From positions 434,001 to 498,000 of the forward strand of contig LSRY02000046.1 in the NCBI GenBank assembly GCA_001643675.2: a stretch of 64,000 nt of DNA, in the 5' to 3' direction. Numbering within the stretch: position 1 is the stretch's first letter; the number at the start of each line of letters is the position of its first letter. Of this stretch, positions 13,511 to 27,001 are shown one piece after another. The position numbers were made by a program, and so were the translations under genes. This DNA comes from Monocercomonoides exilis PA203 (Eukaryota > Protista > Preaxostyla). The notes beneath the pieces were generated by a model. It worked only from the letters and a program-made list of their open reading frames with translations, did not search any database and was not told the DNA's origin.

Positions 13511-16500
13511 TGAGTGTTTCTCTAATAAAAAGTCGAATTGAAATAACTGGAGATGTGGAGCAGTTGTAAATATTAGTTGATCGTTTGACAATGATTGAGG
13601 AAAAAGACAAATTCGATGAAAAAGTTGGGTGAGAAAGTTGTTGTTGTTGTGCGAAAAAAAAGAAGGCGACGAAGACCGAAAAGAAGAAGATGATAATGAG
13701 GATGAGGAAGAAGAGTAAGAAGAAGATATCAGATGATGATGATGAAGGATAATGTGAAAGTTGTTTTGAGATGTTTGTTATGGGGAGTTTTGAATTGAAA
13801 GATGTGGAAGATGCCAAAGAAGAAGCAGATGAAAACATTTAAAAAGAATGTTGTTGAATAATTCACTCAAAAATGACGAGGAAGGAAATGAAGAATAAAA
13901 AGAAGAAAGAAAAGAAGCAGATGAAGTGAGAAGTGAATTGCGAATGGCAAATGCAGATATGGAAGAAGGTGTTGAATTGAATGAAATGAAAGGTCGCAAA
14001 TAAAATGGAGTGTTTTACATGGTGTTATTATGAGAAAGGTTAAATTTATGTGAAGAAGTTGAAAGCGATGTGGAAGAAGAGGAAGAAGAAGAGGAGGAGA
14101 AGGAAGATGATGATGATGAAATGGAAAAAGAAGAAGAAGGTTTTCCTGTTGTGGAATTCAAATTTTTTGCTTTGTCGTTGGATGCTGCTGATTTCGGTCT
14201 TAAAAATGGTTTTGATGAAGAGCGCTTTGGTGCCAGTGGTATTTTGGTTTGTTGAGACAGAGATGAGAATGAGGGAGAAATAGGAGAAGAAGAAGAAAAG
14301 GAGGAGGATGATGATGATGATGATGAGTTGGCAGCTGATTTTTAGGTAGTATTTAGTGAGAAAGAAGAAGAAGAAGAAGAAGCAGAAGAAGAAGAAGAAG
14401 AATCATTCTCACTCTTTCCAAACAATTTCAGCTTTGGCAGCATCAGCTGCCTCACAAACTCCGTCGGATCTGTTTCCGTCACATTCTGTGTAATTAAACT
14501 TTGTTGATTCGAATTCAATGGCTGAGGTTTTACTTTGCCCTCTAACAATATTCTGACAGAGCCATTTTGTCAAACAACTTTTCTGTCAGTTTCTGATCGA
14601 ATTGCGCAAAATACTTCCTTCTTTCACTCAATAAACTTTGTTTTTTCTTTTCTTTTTCGTCTTTTTTCTCCTTTTCGCTCTTTCTTGCGGTCAAATCGAG
14701 GGCAGAAGTTGTTGTTTTTCGGCTGTTTCGATGGCGAAGGAAAGAAGATGCTGTGCCATTTGCCGAGAGGCCTCGATGAAGGATGCATAAGCAGGAGGAG
14801 GGACAGTCGGGTTAAATGATAAATCAATGGAAGATGATGATATTGGAGAAATAGAAGAAGAAGAGGAAAAAGAGGAAGAAAATGATGATGATGATGATGA
14901 TGATTGAGAAGAAGTAGAAGAAGTTTTTTGTGTTATTTTTTTGTATCTTTATTGTTATTTCCCTTCATCCAATCATCCGATTTCACAATCGACGGCAAGA
15001 AAAGTGGCTCCAGCGAAGTTAAAGAATTAGCAGACATTTGATCAGAAAGAAAAAACGAAGGCAAAACATTGAAATTTCTGTTATTTTCTGGATTTTCTGG
15101 ATTTTCTGTGAAATTTGTCAAATTTTCCTGATGAAAATGGTTGGAAAGAAAAAGTTGTGGAACAAAATCGAAGATGCTGATGTGAGAAGAGAGTTAAGAC
15201 TTCTTGTTGACTCAGAAGAGAGGAAGTGTGTTTGGATGGAAATGAGAAGAGGAAGAGGAGGAAGAAGAGGAAGAAGAAGAAAGGAGTCATAACGTTCATT
15301 CTCAACCGCTTATTTTCACGCCTTCGGAACACTCATTGGAATAAGCTCTGATAATGCACAGACTTTATGAAATGGCCGATAACGTTTCGCAGTTGCATTG
15401 ATCACCGTCTTCATAGCATTTTGCCACATTCTCTGAGCAATCAATTCTTCAAGTCCGATCTGTTGTTTGACAAAAAGAATGGGCTGGCTGTCTTCACTCG
15501 TCATTCTTCTTTTTGTCTCTTCTCCTCCAAACCTGTCAGCAGCGTCTCCAGATCAGGTGCCCCATCAAACACACTCTTAAACGCATGTTCTCATGTCATA
15601 GCTGCACAATTGGTCAGAATCTTCTTCACATTGCCTGCATTCGCTTTTTCTATGCTCTGCTAATCGCGTTAATCTCCCACTCCGTTGTTGACTTCACTTT
15701 CACCGAATCATCTATGTTTAATCACGACCGACTCTGCAACTTCACAGCACAGCTTCCGAAGATGAAACGGGATATGTGTGTTCGCATAACATATCAGCTC
15801 CTTCAGACCAATTCAGATGTAGTAATCAAAGTCGCACTTCTCTGCTTTTCCTCGATCCCTTCGACAAGCGTACAGAACTTATCGCACAAGTCTCTTTTTT
15901 TTTCCTTCTTCATATTTACACCATTCCTTATCCCATGATGAACAAAGATTTATAAATACTTTAGGGCCAAATGCCTCTTTAGTGTTGTTCTTCCACTGTA
16001 TCTCTGCCCGTCCACTCAATCCGCTTCCTGGCTTCTTGCCTGCAGCATGTCCAGCTCGTCCAGCACGGTCACAAACAGCTTATCTGCAAAGCACACACAC
16101 TATTCGTTGACTGCCTTGTTGGATCAAAACACTTCTCTCAAGCTCACCATCAGATTAAACAACAACGAGCACTCCGCTCTTCTGCCTTTGCTCAACCTCT
16201 CCTCCTCCTTCTTCTCATTCTCATTCTCATTCTCCTTCTTCCTCTTCTTCTGCTCTGTTTTAGCTCCACAAGTTCAAATAGTGTCTGAACTCCTTTGTTC
16301 AACTATGGCTTCCCTCTCTCCATAATCCTCAGCTCCATCACCTCCTGCGTGCTGCCTTCTTGAACAAAATCCTCGGTTGTCATTTTCAGCTGTCCACTTT
16401 ATTCTTCTGCGCTTCAGCAAGTCTGCAAGAAGATGTGGAGAAATAAAGAACTTCACCTTAAACATCACGGAGTGAGGAAGCAGCGCATTTGGTTTCAGCA

Positions 16501-16749
16501 TCAAGAATGTGATGTAGTATGTTGGATACGACATAAAAATCTCACCTTCTTTTCACTTGCATTGCTGTCCTTAGCTCCTCCATCTGCACTTACTCTTTTA
16601 AAAGATGAAAACTCTTTTTCTTTTCCTTCTTATTCCTCTTCCTCTTCCTCTTTCATTCGATCTCATCAATCACTCAATAACCAACCCCTCCTCGTCTCAG
16701 CTACCTTCTGAAAAGCAAAGATAACAATTGTAATTCTTCCTCTTCTTCC

Positions 16750-16784
<35 letters not shown>

Positions 16785-16952
16785 CTCTTCTTTCTTTTCT
16801 TTCTTTTCTTTTTCATTTTCCTCTTCGGAGATAAAGATTGAAGTGGATTGTTCAACGAAAATAGTTTTATTGTTATTTCTTTTTATTGTGTTCATTTCAT
16901 AATTGTTCTTATGATAGAGATAATGTATTTTTTACCTTATTTATTGAGATAT

Positions 16953-17192
16953 GTCAAAATATTTTTGAAAAGTTCCTTTTGTTTAATTTTCAAATAAAGA
17001 AAAAATTTTATATTACGATAAAATTTCTGTTCCCACTCACCAAATTTCTCTGTAATGAAAACAAAATCTTGACAATGTTTTTATTTTATTTTAAGTGAAG
17101 TTTCGTGAGCAGGAACAGAAATTTAATCGAAATTTGAAATTTTTTCTTAATTTGAAAATTAAACAAAAGGAACTTTTCAAAAAAATTTTGAT
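16953..17192. mobile_element. ~240-bp MITE (GTCAAAATA-type end)
   Basis: Imperfect ~85-bp TIRs starting GTCAAAATATTTTTGAAAAGTTCC; ATAT on the left; inverted copy at 46821-47059. Confidence 0.8.
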
Positions 17193-20100
17193 ATGGGTCA
17201 TTCTTTTTGAAAAGTCGCAAACGTTTAACTGATCTGAAAATATGATCAAAAATGATCAAAAAATGTTGATCATTCCGTTACCATCATATATTGCTGAGAA
17301 TTATTCTTTTCAGTTTTGTCACCCTATCCCCGAGTTTTGCGTTTCAATAAAACAGATTTCATATATTATTTACACTGTAAAATCATATCGATGTTATCAA
17401 ATATAGTTTTTTCTTGTTTTTTGTTGCAACTAAATAATTTGTTCATATTTCTTTGTTTTTGTTTCAACTGTTCATATAAACGTTTTAATTTTTTGAATTG
17501 AGACTCCACTTTAATTATTTTCCTTATTTGAAAGACAAATAGATTTTGACTTGCTTTTATTTGAGTATTTTTAAAAGAAATTATTAACCAGGAAAATTTC
17601 ATCTCAACTGTCCTCGTTGCAATTAACAGAAATTAAAAAAATTGTTAATATTGAACAGTTATTAATTTTATAATAAATAATTAAAAAAACAACATATAAT
17701 TTCTGATGTCAAATGTCCTTTTATAAAAATTCAAAAAAGAAATGATATCTCATGTTTTGAATCAAATCATGAATCATATCTTAAATAGCTTTCAACTTTT
17801 CATTTTCTTTTTTGCTTATCTTTTTCTTCTCATTTCAATTCCCTTCCAAAAGAAATTCTGTTCCTTCTTTTCCATCAAATCAAAAAAGATGAGATTTCGG
17901 TGATGATTGGCGTTTATAATTTGAACATGGACTTTGTGTTTGTGACTCGAAAGCAGCTGCAATTTTGTGTGATGAGTTGTATCAAAAAGCTTCTAGCGGG
18001 AGTGAAAACAATTTAGTTGTCTCTTCGATCAGCTCCTTTTAACTTCGTCTTCTTCAAGTGGAGTAGCACGCAGATCTTCTTCACATTCCGGAGTCCAATA
18101 AAAGAAGAGAAGAAGGTGACAGGGGATGTACGGATATTAGCATCTTCGTCTGTACGTGCATTTTACACTTCGGATGCCTCGAAGATGGAGGATTCATAAA
18201 CGCTTGAATTGGCATGGTTGAATGAAATCGTTAGGCGGCTGAGGATAGTCGTGAAGAAAGCAGCTGAGCTGCAAAAGCTGGATGGTTATGAAGCTGTCAC
18301 TGCTCCTGTCGCTGCGGATGTTGCACACGCTGCGAGGTTTCAATGTTGACTTGCTGCGCTCTGCTGAACAGAACGTGCTGTGTCAATTCAATGAATAATA
18401 CTTTTCATTCTTCTTGTTGCTTTGCTCCCATTTCTTGAGAACTTGCTGAGAAAGAAGTCGTTGAAGAAGCCGATATTAACAGTAGTTGATGAAAATGCGT
18501 TCCTGTTAATCTGCAATACGCCTGATCCATCGCTGGCTCCGTTGGCCATTGAAAGGCTGGCGAACAGATAGAAGAAGACGAGGTATGCGGAGTGATGAAG
18601 CTAGTCAACAAAATGAGGAAGCGAATGGTTGCAGTGAATGAAGTGGAAGAGTTTGCGGAGAAGGCGCTGGAGGCGGTGGGGCAGCGGGGCTGATGATTGA
18701 AAATGTGGTTCTGTCGCCTGCAGCAATTGTGCTGCATTTGCTGGAAGAAAGAAAAGAAGAAGAAGAAGTTGGAAAAGGAAAAGGAGGAGAAGCGGACGAG
18801 CGTGCTGGAAGAGCAGCTGCAGGAGAAGGACAAGTTCATCTGGATGAATCAGAGGAAGATTCTGCAGCTGAGCGAGAAGCACAACGCAGAGGTGATGCAG
18901 GTGAAGGAGGTGAAGGAGCAGCTTGTGACGATGAAGAAGAAGAAGGAACTGATTAATATGAGGATTGAGAAGTGAAGAATCGATGCGCACAGCAGGGCAT
19001 GGTGGTGAGTTGGTACAGCAAGAGTTCGATGCAGGAAATTGAAGTTTCCCTCGCAACGTCTTCTTTGTTAATGTCTGTATGTGGACGTAAAATTTTGTCT
19101 AGGGCTTCGTTGATTCCGCTGTTGGGCTGTGTAAAAAGCACAAAGAGAAGTTTGCAGCGAGCATTGTGGTGGCAGCGCTTTTATGCTTGAGCTGGATTCC
19201 TCTTGGAAGGCTGTTGTTGTTTAAGCGAGGAGCGGAGTGAGTGTTGTGAGAAAAACAAACAACGATAGTGGAAGAGGTGGTGGAAGTGAGGGAACGAGAT
19301 CTGGGTTCAGCAAGAGATCAGAGAAGAAAGGCGTTGGGACAAATGGTGGTGGTGGTGTTAGTATTGGCTGTGAAGGAGGAGTGGATGCAAAAGTGCAGTA
19401 GAAGATGAACAAGATGGAAAAGGAAACTAAGATGCTGATTGCATTGTCGAAATTGCAGAAGTGGATGATAAGCATGCAGAAGGCGCCGTTCAATGAGGTG
19501 ATAGAAAAGGAGCAGACGGCGCTTGCGCAAAAGAAGCAGGAGCAGAAGAAAATGAAGGCGTCGTATGAAGAGAAGGTGGATCGGCTGGTTGTTCAGGTTC
19601 GGGAGCTGGAGGAGCAGGTGTTGCGGGGGAGATTGGCGGGGGCAGGGAAGGAGGGGCAGAGGAGAAAGGGGGGAGAGGGAGGGATGGGGCGGGGAGGAGG
19701 AGGAGGAGGAGAAGCAGAAACGGAGGGGGAGAATACGAGGAGGCAGAGGAGGTGGAAAAGGCAGAAGAAAGAGATGCAAGCGCGGTGAATAGGATTCCGC
19801 TGTTTCAGCACAACAATCCGAAGAGAGGGAGCGGGATGATTGCATGAAAACTGTGGTTCCAACAGTGGTAAAGAAAGGTTAAGGGAGTGCGAATGTTATG
19901 TAGTGGCCGTTCATGCTTCTTGAACAGACGACAGAAAGCAGAGATAGGGAAGAATCGGAGTGGTCTGTGACTTCTCCTGGTGTACTGAGGGCAGGGGTGT
20001 CTGGGGCAGGTGGGGTGCCTTTGCAGGCGGTGTCGATCGCGAGGGAGTGACTGATGAGTGCAGTGTCTGTGTCGCTGGAACAAGAAACGTTTTAATCAGC

Positions 20101-21235
20101 ACGTGTGCTTCGGGTGCCACACACGCGGAGGTCATCCGTGCAGATGAAGCGTTTGTTGTAGTTGCTGAAGATAGGTCTGCAGTCTTAGCTAATATGGAAG
20201 CTGTCGAGGATCCGGGGGTAATGCGGAGACTTTATTTCAGCAGATCTTTGAATGGGGGTGGGAGTGCAGAGGCAGGGGTTTGTGGATTTTGTGTACATGT
20301 GGCTGGGGGAGAAGCAAGCGGCGCAGAAGAAGAGCGATGCGATACTGTGGGCAAGAATGAATGGGGAAGAACTGTTCCGGAAGGACTTTGTAAAGATGAA
20401 ACTGTTTGAGGAATTTATGTGGAAAGAGTAAATTTGAGGTGAATTGGAGTTTTCCTGATAATTGAATGGTGTTAGAATGGGTGTGGGAGAAGAGATTAAA
20501 ATGTCTTTTGGCTGTTTGAGGGGATTCAGTCGGAGAAGACGAATGCAGACACCTTTATGTTCATTGCGTTTCTACTGAATAACTTTAGGGAAGAAGCAGC
20601 TTCCTGATATTTGTAATGAAGCTGACAAGTTACAGCCTTTATAGCAGTCTTTGAATTATGTGATTGCGAAGGTCACAAGATGGCGTTGGTCAACTTGGAG
20701 AAGGAGTTTTACACAGTATCGAAGGTGACGTGTAAATGGTGCTGAAGCTACATGTGAAGATTGTTCAGTTGGTGAAAGAGAAGAAAGAAGGGTGGTTGAC
20801 GTTGTTCCACATTGTGCGGCTGCCTAGAATGCTGTTGGGGCTGAGGCTGTGAAGGAACAACTCAAAAAAAGCGACGAACTTTGGTCTTTCTCCAGAGGAT
20901 GGGCAATGAGTGGTGCAGTTTCTGCAGACGATGGCATCGCTGAGGGAGTTAATAGCGAAGCCTTACCATATTCTTCATTAGTATTAACATTATCCTTATC
21001 GTATTCTTCTTCTTCTATTCTTCTTCTTCCTCTAACCCCTCTTTTTCCTCTTCCTCCTACTCTCCTCTTTCTTCTCATTCTTCTCTTGTTCGTCTTCCTC
21101 GCCGCTTTGCCCGTCTGCTCAATCTTGTCTCTTTCTCTGTCTCTTTCCTAATGATCGAAATGTGGTCGTTTCCTCTCCTTCGCTTTGCAGAATTCGTTGC
21201 TTCGTTTTGTATGGCTGTTTGTGTGAATGGAGAGA

Positions 21236-21585
21236 GAGAAGAAAGAGAAGAAGAAGAAGATGATGATGAAATGCTTTTTGATTTTGAATTTGAAGGAGAA
21301 GATGAGGATGAAGAAGGTGAAGAAGAAGAAGAAGAAGAGGAGGAGGAGGAGGAAGAAGATGATGATGAAGAAGAAAAAGCAGATGAGGAGGAGGAAGAGG
21401 AGGAGGAAGAAAAAGAGGAAGAGGAAGAGGAAGAGGAAGAGGAAGAGGAAGAGGAAGAGGAAGAGGAAGAGGAAGAGGAAGAGGAAGAGGAGGAGGAAGA
21501 GGAAGATGAAGAAAAAGAAAGAGGAAGATGAAGAAGAGTAAGAAGAGGAAGAAGAAGAGGAAGAGGAGGTAGAGAAGGAAGAGAC
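21236..21585. repeat. GAA/GAG-rich tract including (GAGGAA)n
   Basis: More than 10 perfect GAGGAA units around 21415-21490. Confidence 0.9.
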
Positions 21586-21750
21586 AATTAAAGAACAGAA
21601 GCTCCTTACGAATTCCTCGAACAGTTGTTGAATGATGAATCAACAAAAGAGGTTGCTCCTGAAGTTTTTTCGTTCATGGAAATGATACAGTAATCAGACA
21701 ATTTCACCCGCATTAGCATCAATTCCATTCAGCACAACACTTCCACATTG

Positions 21751-22465
21751 TCAAATCTCAAATGCATTTGTTGTTGATTCAATTTGTTCCTGTTTCACAT
21801 TTGTGATTGAGACCTCATCTCCATTTAACAAATAAGGAGGCTTAATGAATGATAGCAGTGATATAGAACAGTTATCAACATGAAGAATTCCATTTTCGAT
21901 GTTCAACAATGTTGAATTCAAAACTATAGATTCAATGTTTTCTGATTGGCTAACAGAAGAGATGTTAACAAATGAAAGAGATAGCTGTCCAGTTGCTTCA
22001 TGGATAATAGAATTTCCTGAATAAGAAAATAATTGACCAAAGTGGATTTTCAATCTCTCAATCCGAACAGTCTCTGTTGAAGTGATAATACTCCCTTTGT
22101 TGGTTATTGTTGAGTTCAGATGCAACAAAGCAGTTGAGGGAGATTCAAGTGAGCGGATGATCACACCATGCACATCACATTCACCATTGATGATAGTTTC
22201 CTCTGAAACCAACAGCTGAGAATAAGATGATGAAATGATATGCTGAACTCCCACATTCAACGAATCACAAGGCATCCTGGATTCCCCACATTGCTTGCTG
22301 TCTCCGTGGTTGCCTGTTGCTGAAGAAACAAATATCGTCTCGCTCTGGTATTTCACAACCCTCAGCAGAAGTTCTTCTTCCCCAACAAACAATTCCGTTG
22401 TGACTCCCCAGATCGCCATTTCTTTCATGTCAGGCTCTCTGTTAGTACTGCAAATTTGCCAAGCT
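21751..22465 (-). pseudogene. Fragment of large beta-helix-like surface-protein family
   Basis: Motif FVSSATGNHGDSKQCGESRMPCDSL; truncated at both ends; inside the 5.8-kb element. Confidence 0.65.
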
Positions 22466-23052
22466 AAAAAAATGAATAATTTTATCAGAATTATAAAAAA
22501 AAACATTCAAATAAAAGCTAAATGAAAACCTTTTGATATGTATGCTTTTCATCTTTATCAAACTTGTGGGAGTAATCTACGCATTTATTAAAAATCCACG
22601 CACATTCTGTGAAATGAAAAATTTCAATCAAATAAGAATTTTATTTATTAACGAGTCTCAATTTTTTGTTGAAATAAAATCGAAACACACCTTGTTCATT
22701 TCATTAATAAACAATTGCAGAGTGGTTCAATCAAGCGATACTCTTTTTCATTGAAAAACTGATATTTAAATTTTGATCAAAAAATATGATACATAATTTT
22801 TTTAAAAAAAGTATTTCTTCTCATAAAGAAGTTTGTTATGAACCAACAAACATCACTGTGAAAGTTTAATGTTTTTTTTTGTATTATGGTAACGGAGTGA
22901 TTTTTATTAACTTTCATGGGATTAATTTTTGATCCGTAGCGACTTTTCAAAAAGAATGACCCATATATATATCAAAGTTTTGGAATATGAAATGTGTCAA
23001 AAGAAACTTAGCTGTACAAAATTGTTGGAAAAATGAATAAAGAAAAACTATA

Positions 23053-26052
23053 TTAAAAGCAATGCGTTGAGAGTGTGAAATGAAAGAGAGTGTCTGTGAT
23101 CTCCAGTTATTCTTTTCATCCTCAAGAAAATTAGCTCACAGCTTCATTCGCTGCACTGGGATGAAACAAAAGAAAAACAAATATTCGAATATATGGTGTG
23201 ATTGAAACTTTTCTTAGATAAATTCATATTATAAATTTGAGCATTATCTTCCACAACAGAACTTGGCGATGCACTCAGCTCACTTTGGTATATTTTCAGA
23301 CACAATTCTTTCAGCTTTGGATCTTCTTCAAATAAAACAGTTAAAATTTGTATTTCAAACCATCGCTTTATCCTATTGCTCCAATCTGACGTGATGCAAG
23401 AAGAAAAATTGAGGCACATTTCGTCTTCTTTGTCAGTCGAACATGGTGAGATGATATCGAAAACTTTGCTTGCAAAAAGCAATTCAACTTCATCATCTTC
23501 CGATTCAATTGCAACATCAATTGATTCGTTCGTATGTGAAAATGATTCAGATGGTTTTGATGATTGTGATATTTAAAGATGATGGAGAAGGCCAAAATGA
23601 TGAGGAAGAACAAGATGAAGACGATGAAGATAATGAAGATGATGAAGATGAAGATGTTGATCTTATGACTGACTCAAAAATATTAGCTGCTTGAAAATCA
23701 GGATCTTTCATATCTTTTTCTACCAATAAAATTCCAAGAGGGTCTTCTTCAAAAATAATTCGGTTCGTTTTAAAATTCCTCTTTTGTCTTTGGTTCTTCT
23801 GGCTGTGGTGCTTCGCCCCTTTCGACTGTATCTGCAATTCGAAGGAGTTTAATGATTTCTGCACAGATGTCATCTAGTTTCTTATCTTTGTTCATATCAT
23901 CAAAGCAATTGAGGAACTGAGACATTGTGAAAAAGCTGATCTGTTCATCTCTAACATATGAATGAAACCTTTCCAAAGCAAGATCGAAACTGTAATTTGA
24001 TAAATAGGAATTATGTGTCATAGAAAAAGGAGAAAAAATATTAATTGTAAAAGGAGAGGAAATATCACAAAGTTAATTTTTATACAAACTGGAAGAAGAA
24101 CAATTGGATAAATTTGATTGCAATGAAGATGAAAAAAAAGAATTTGTTGAGTTCAAAAAATCTGAGTGTGATGAAAAATTCCTTGGTTGTGAAAACGAAA
24201 AAGATCTCATTTGAACTAATCTATTGTCTTCATAAAAATGACCTAATTGAAAAATTGTTTTTTCCGAATTAGAATGCTTACTGATTGAATGGAGAAGATT
24301 TACTGTTCCTCCTTTTGAATCCAACTTTTCTATTACGTGTTTTGCTTCAATAAATGAATCTGTAAATTCATTTCTAATGAACTTTTGCATTCCAACTGGT
24401 GTTAAAATGTATGCCAGTGATATCATTTCACATGTTTTTCCAAATAGAAAATGGTTATGCATCAGAACAAGAATATTGGTGATTGCATTTTGCCAATTTG
24501 AAGATCTGAATCTATGGAAGCATTTGATTCCATGTAAAATTCCAATTGTTTGAAGGGTCATGGGGAAAATTTCACCAAGTTTTGTGTGATCGCTTTCCAA
24601 AAAAAGTTGCAACCTGTGAAAAGGAAATAACAATAAAACCATCAATACTGAATTAAACACTTTATCTGTAGAAAGTGACGAATGTTTTAAAATGGCCACG
24701 CTGTTTTTCCTTATAAATGAGCAAATTGGGTACAAACAAAGCCATCTCGTTTGAACTAATGAAGGAAATTTTTGCTTTTGTAACTTTCTGATTGCCGAAG
24801 AATGGGCAAATTTAGAAAAAAATGTAAGATGGTTCAATATTTGCCTAAGAAAAACAATTTTCGTGAAAGCTTTTGTAATAACAAAATTTAAAAGATGGTT
24901 AGAACCATAAATAAAAAATGTAGCAACTTAAATTTTTGATAGCAAAGATTCTTCATATTCTTCAAGTGATGTTGTGAAGTTTTCCAGAGCTTTTTTCTGA
25001 GGTATTAAACCATCTGAACAGAAACACTTAATACTTGCATGCAATTACTCCAATTCTTTTATTATGATCCAGGCTAATTTTCTATAATGACTAGTAATGA
25101 AACAAGGAGGATAAACTTTCCAAAAAAGGTTGTAGTTTCTAGTGACAGAGGAGCAATTGTGACAACGGTGCATTTTTGTCCTCCAACTATTCCACCATCC
25201 ATCATTCCGCAAATGCATTTTCCAAATAATTCTTTCGCCCTCTTTTCTTTTGCGATTTCTCTTTAAGAAATTATCAAGCTGCTTAATTTCCTTCTTGTAA
25301 AATATAGGAATATTTTTGTAGGATGTTTTCTGGATTTTCTTAAGAAATTATAATAAAGGCAGTTATGAAATAATTAAATTCTTTCGATGATGCAGAAGCT
25401 ATGGAAATGTTGCAGTGACTCACAATTTGCGCAAATAGAAATTCCAAATTAGTGCTTGTGTAGCTAACTGAATAATCAAATTTTTTTTGACAGGATCATC
25501 ACGATTTTTAATCACAGAAGAAAATTGTTTGAAACTTGAAATATTTTGTGTTAATAAAATTGAACAATGATGATTTTTAATTCCAGCATAATTTTTTTTT
25601 CCACTGACACCGCAAACTGCATCTCCTCTTGCATTTGGACAAAGGAATTGTTTGTGATATTCCCTAACTGGCGATCCGCATTCGTTTGATGGGATGAAGG
25701 ATATCCATAATTTTTCGTTAACAACTTCCAACGTTACTTTTGTTAAAAACTCTTTATCTTTAACAGGATGTTTGTAGACTTTGAATAATTTTTATTTCAA
25801 ATCAAAATAAAAGATATTCACAAGCAAACCTGCTCCTTTTTCATTTCGTTCCACCAGAGTGAGATTCAAAAAGGAGCCTCCGAATTTTTTTAATTCATCG
25901 AGTTTTCTCAAATAACTCATTGCCTTACAATAAAAAAAATGTTTTACAAAAAAATGCAACATTAAAAACAATAAAACAATTTTCGAATCTGTTCGTGCAT
26001 CTTGAAACACTTTGAATAGTGAATCTTTGTTTTAAATGATGGGCCCTAACAT
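23053..26052 (-). pseudogene. hAT transposase pseudogene, intron-containing
   Basis: Motifs in the expected order: BED-finger-like CPNARGDAVC...GIKNHHC, MMDGG (D1), FCSDGL (D2), NHLLNF (CxxH region), QTRWL, LFPFHRLQLFLES, LAYILTP, SE*SCELIF...ITGDHRHSL (E, dimerization domain). Several stops and frameshifts. Confidence 0.8.
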
Positions 26053-27001
26053 GACTTTTTTGACTGAGACACAAAAAGATTAACAAGTCACAGACTTGGA
26101 AATTCCCTAATTGTTGATCTGGTCATTTTCCATAATTAACGAAATATTCAAATAGATTTTTTCCATGAAGTTATGATTTGAATATATGAAATTTATCAAA
26201 ACTGAAATAGCGAACAAATTCTAAAATTGAAAGTTATATATTCCAAATCAAAAAAAATATAGCTTTGACCTGAAAAAAAGAAAAAGTCAGTCAGAATTGT
26301 AATCATTGTTGTAAAAAGTCAGTAAGTCACAAAGGCTTAGTTTTTTTCATTAATTTTTAGATATGGAGAAGTTTTATAGAAAAAAGGAAAAAAAGCCAAA
26401 AATGATTTATATAAAGGCAAATTGATCAATGGGCAATTCTATTTCCAGTTCTTCACGGAAAGCACATGAGGTTAGCGCTGCTTCCGCTTTGATTTCCGAA
26501 GAAAACGCATCTTTTTCACTTATTCATTTCCCTTCTTTTTGAAGCACTTTGCCATGCAAACTGAACATGCCGTTTTGGCTATTAGAATGAAAGCGGGCTC
26601 TGATGATGAGACAGAAGATGGAATCCAAAAATCGCAGATTGCGCATAAGATTTTGAGTTTGCTCGCCTTCCCTTTTGATTTAACTGTTGTGAAATTTGGA
26701 ATTTTTTAATCATTTTTCAGAATTGTTTTCTGAGCTTGAAAGCTTCAATGGGAAAGAGCAGAAGGAGAAAATCCTTGAAATAAATGGTTTTGTAGAAAAT
26801 ATGAATGAAAAAAAATTAAAATCTGTTTTCAACAAAAGTTTGTTCGACAAAATTTACGAAATGATTGAAAAAAAGAAAATGACAATTGAAAATTCAGTTT
26901 TGATGTTGAAGCACGTTGGGTATTGCAAAGAGATGGAAATTGCATGGAGCTTAAGCTTTGAAGAATCTCAATTGAGCAAAAGAGTTGGGAAGATGATGGT
27001 T

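Larger units (their letters stand above)
17195..22962. mobile_element. 5.8-kb non-autonomous TIR element carrying host-gene fragments
   Basis: Perfect 24-bp TIR GGGTCATTCTTTTTGAAAAGTCGC / GCGACTTTTCAAAAAGAATGACCC; ATAT on both sides; subterminal TCA(T/C)TCCGTTACCAT at both ends; no transposase seen inside. Confidence 0.85.
11657..26339 (-). mobile_element. 14.7-kb hAT transposon with decayed transposase, nested elements and cargo
   Basis: Perfect 15-bp TIR TAAGCCTTTGTGACT (11657) / AGTCACAAAGGCTTA (26325-26339). Flanked by GTTTTTTT on both sides (8-bp TSD; left T run one base longer). Subterminal AAGTCA repeats; hAT transposase remnants inside. Confidence 0.8.

Noticed and set aside
15316-15660. 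Tyrosine recombinase (DIRS/Crypton) remnant
   Set aside because: Only vague resemblance; no R..HxxR..Y catalytic set recoverable
21075-21646. Poly-S, poly-E, poly-KR and poly-LP ORFs as real proteins
   Set aside because: Stop-free in several frames only because of the GAGGAA repeat
11657-26339. Alternative genetic code explaining the many in-frame stops
   Set aside because: Neighbouring genes have ORFs up to 2,802 aa in the standard code; all three stop types and frameshifts occur, consistent with decay
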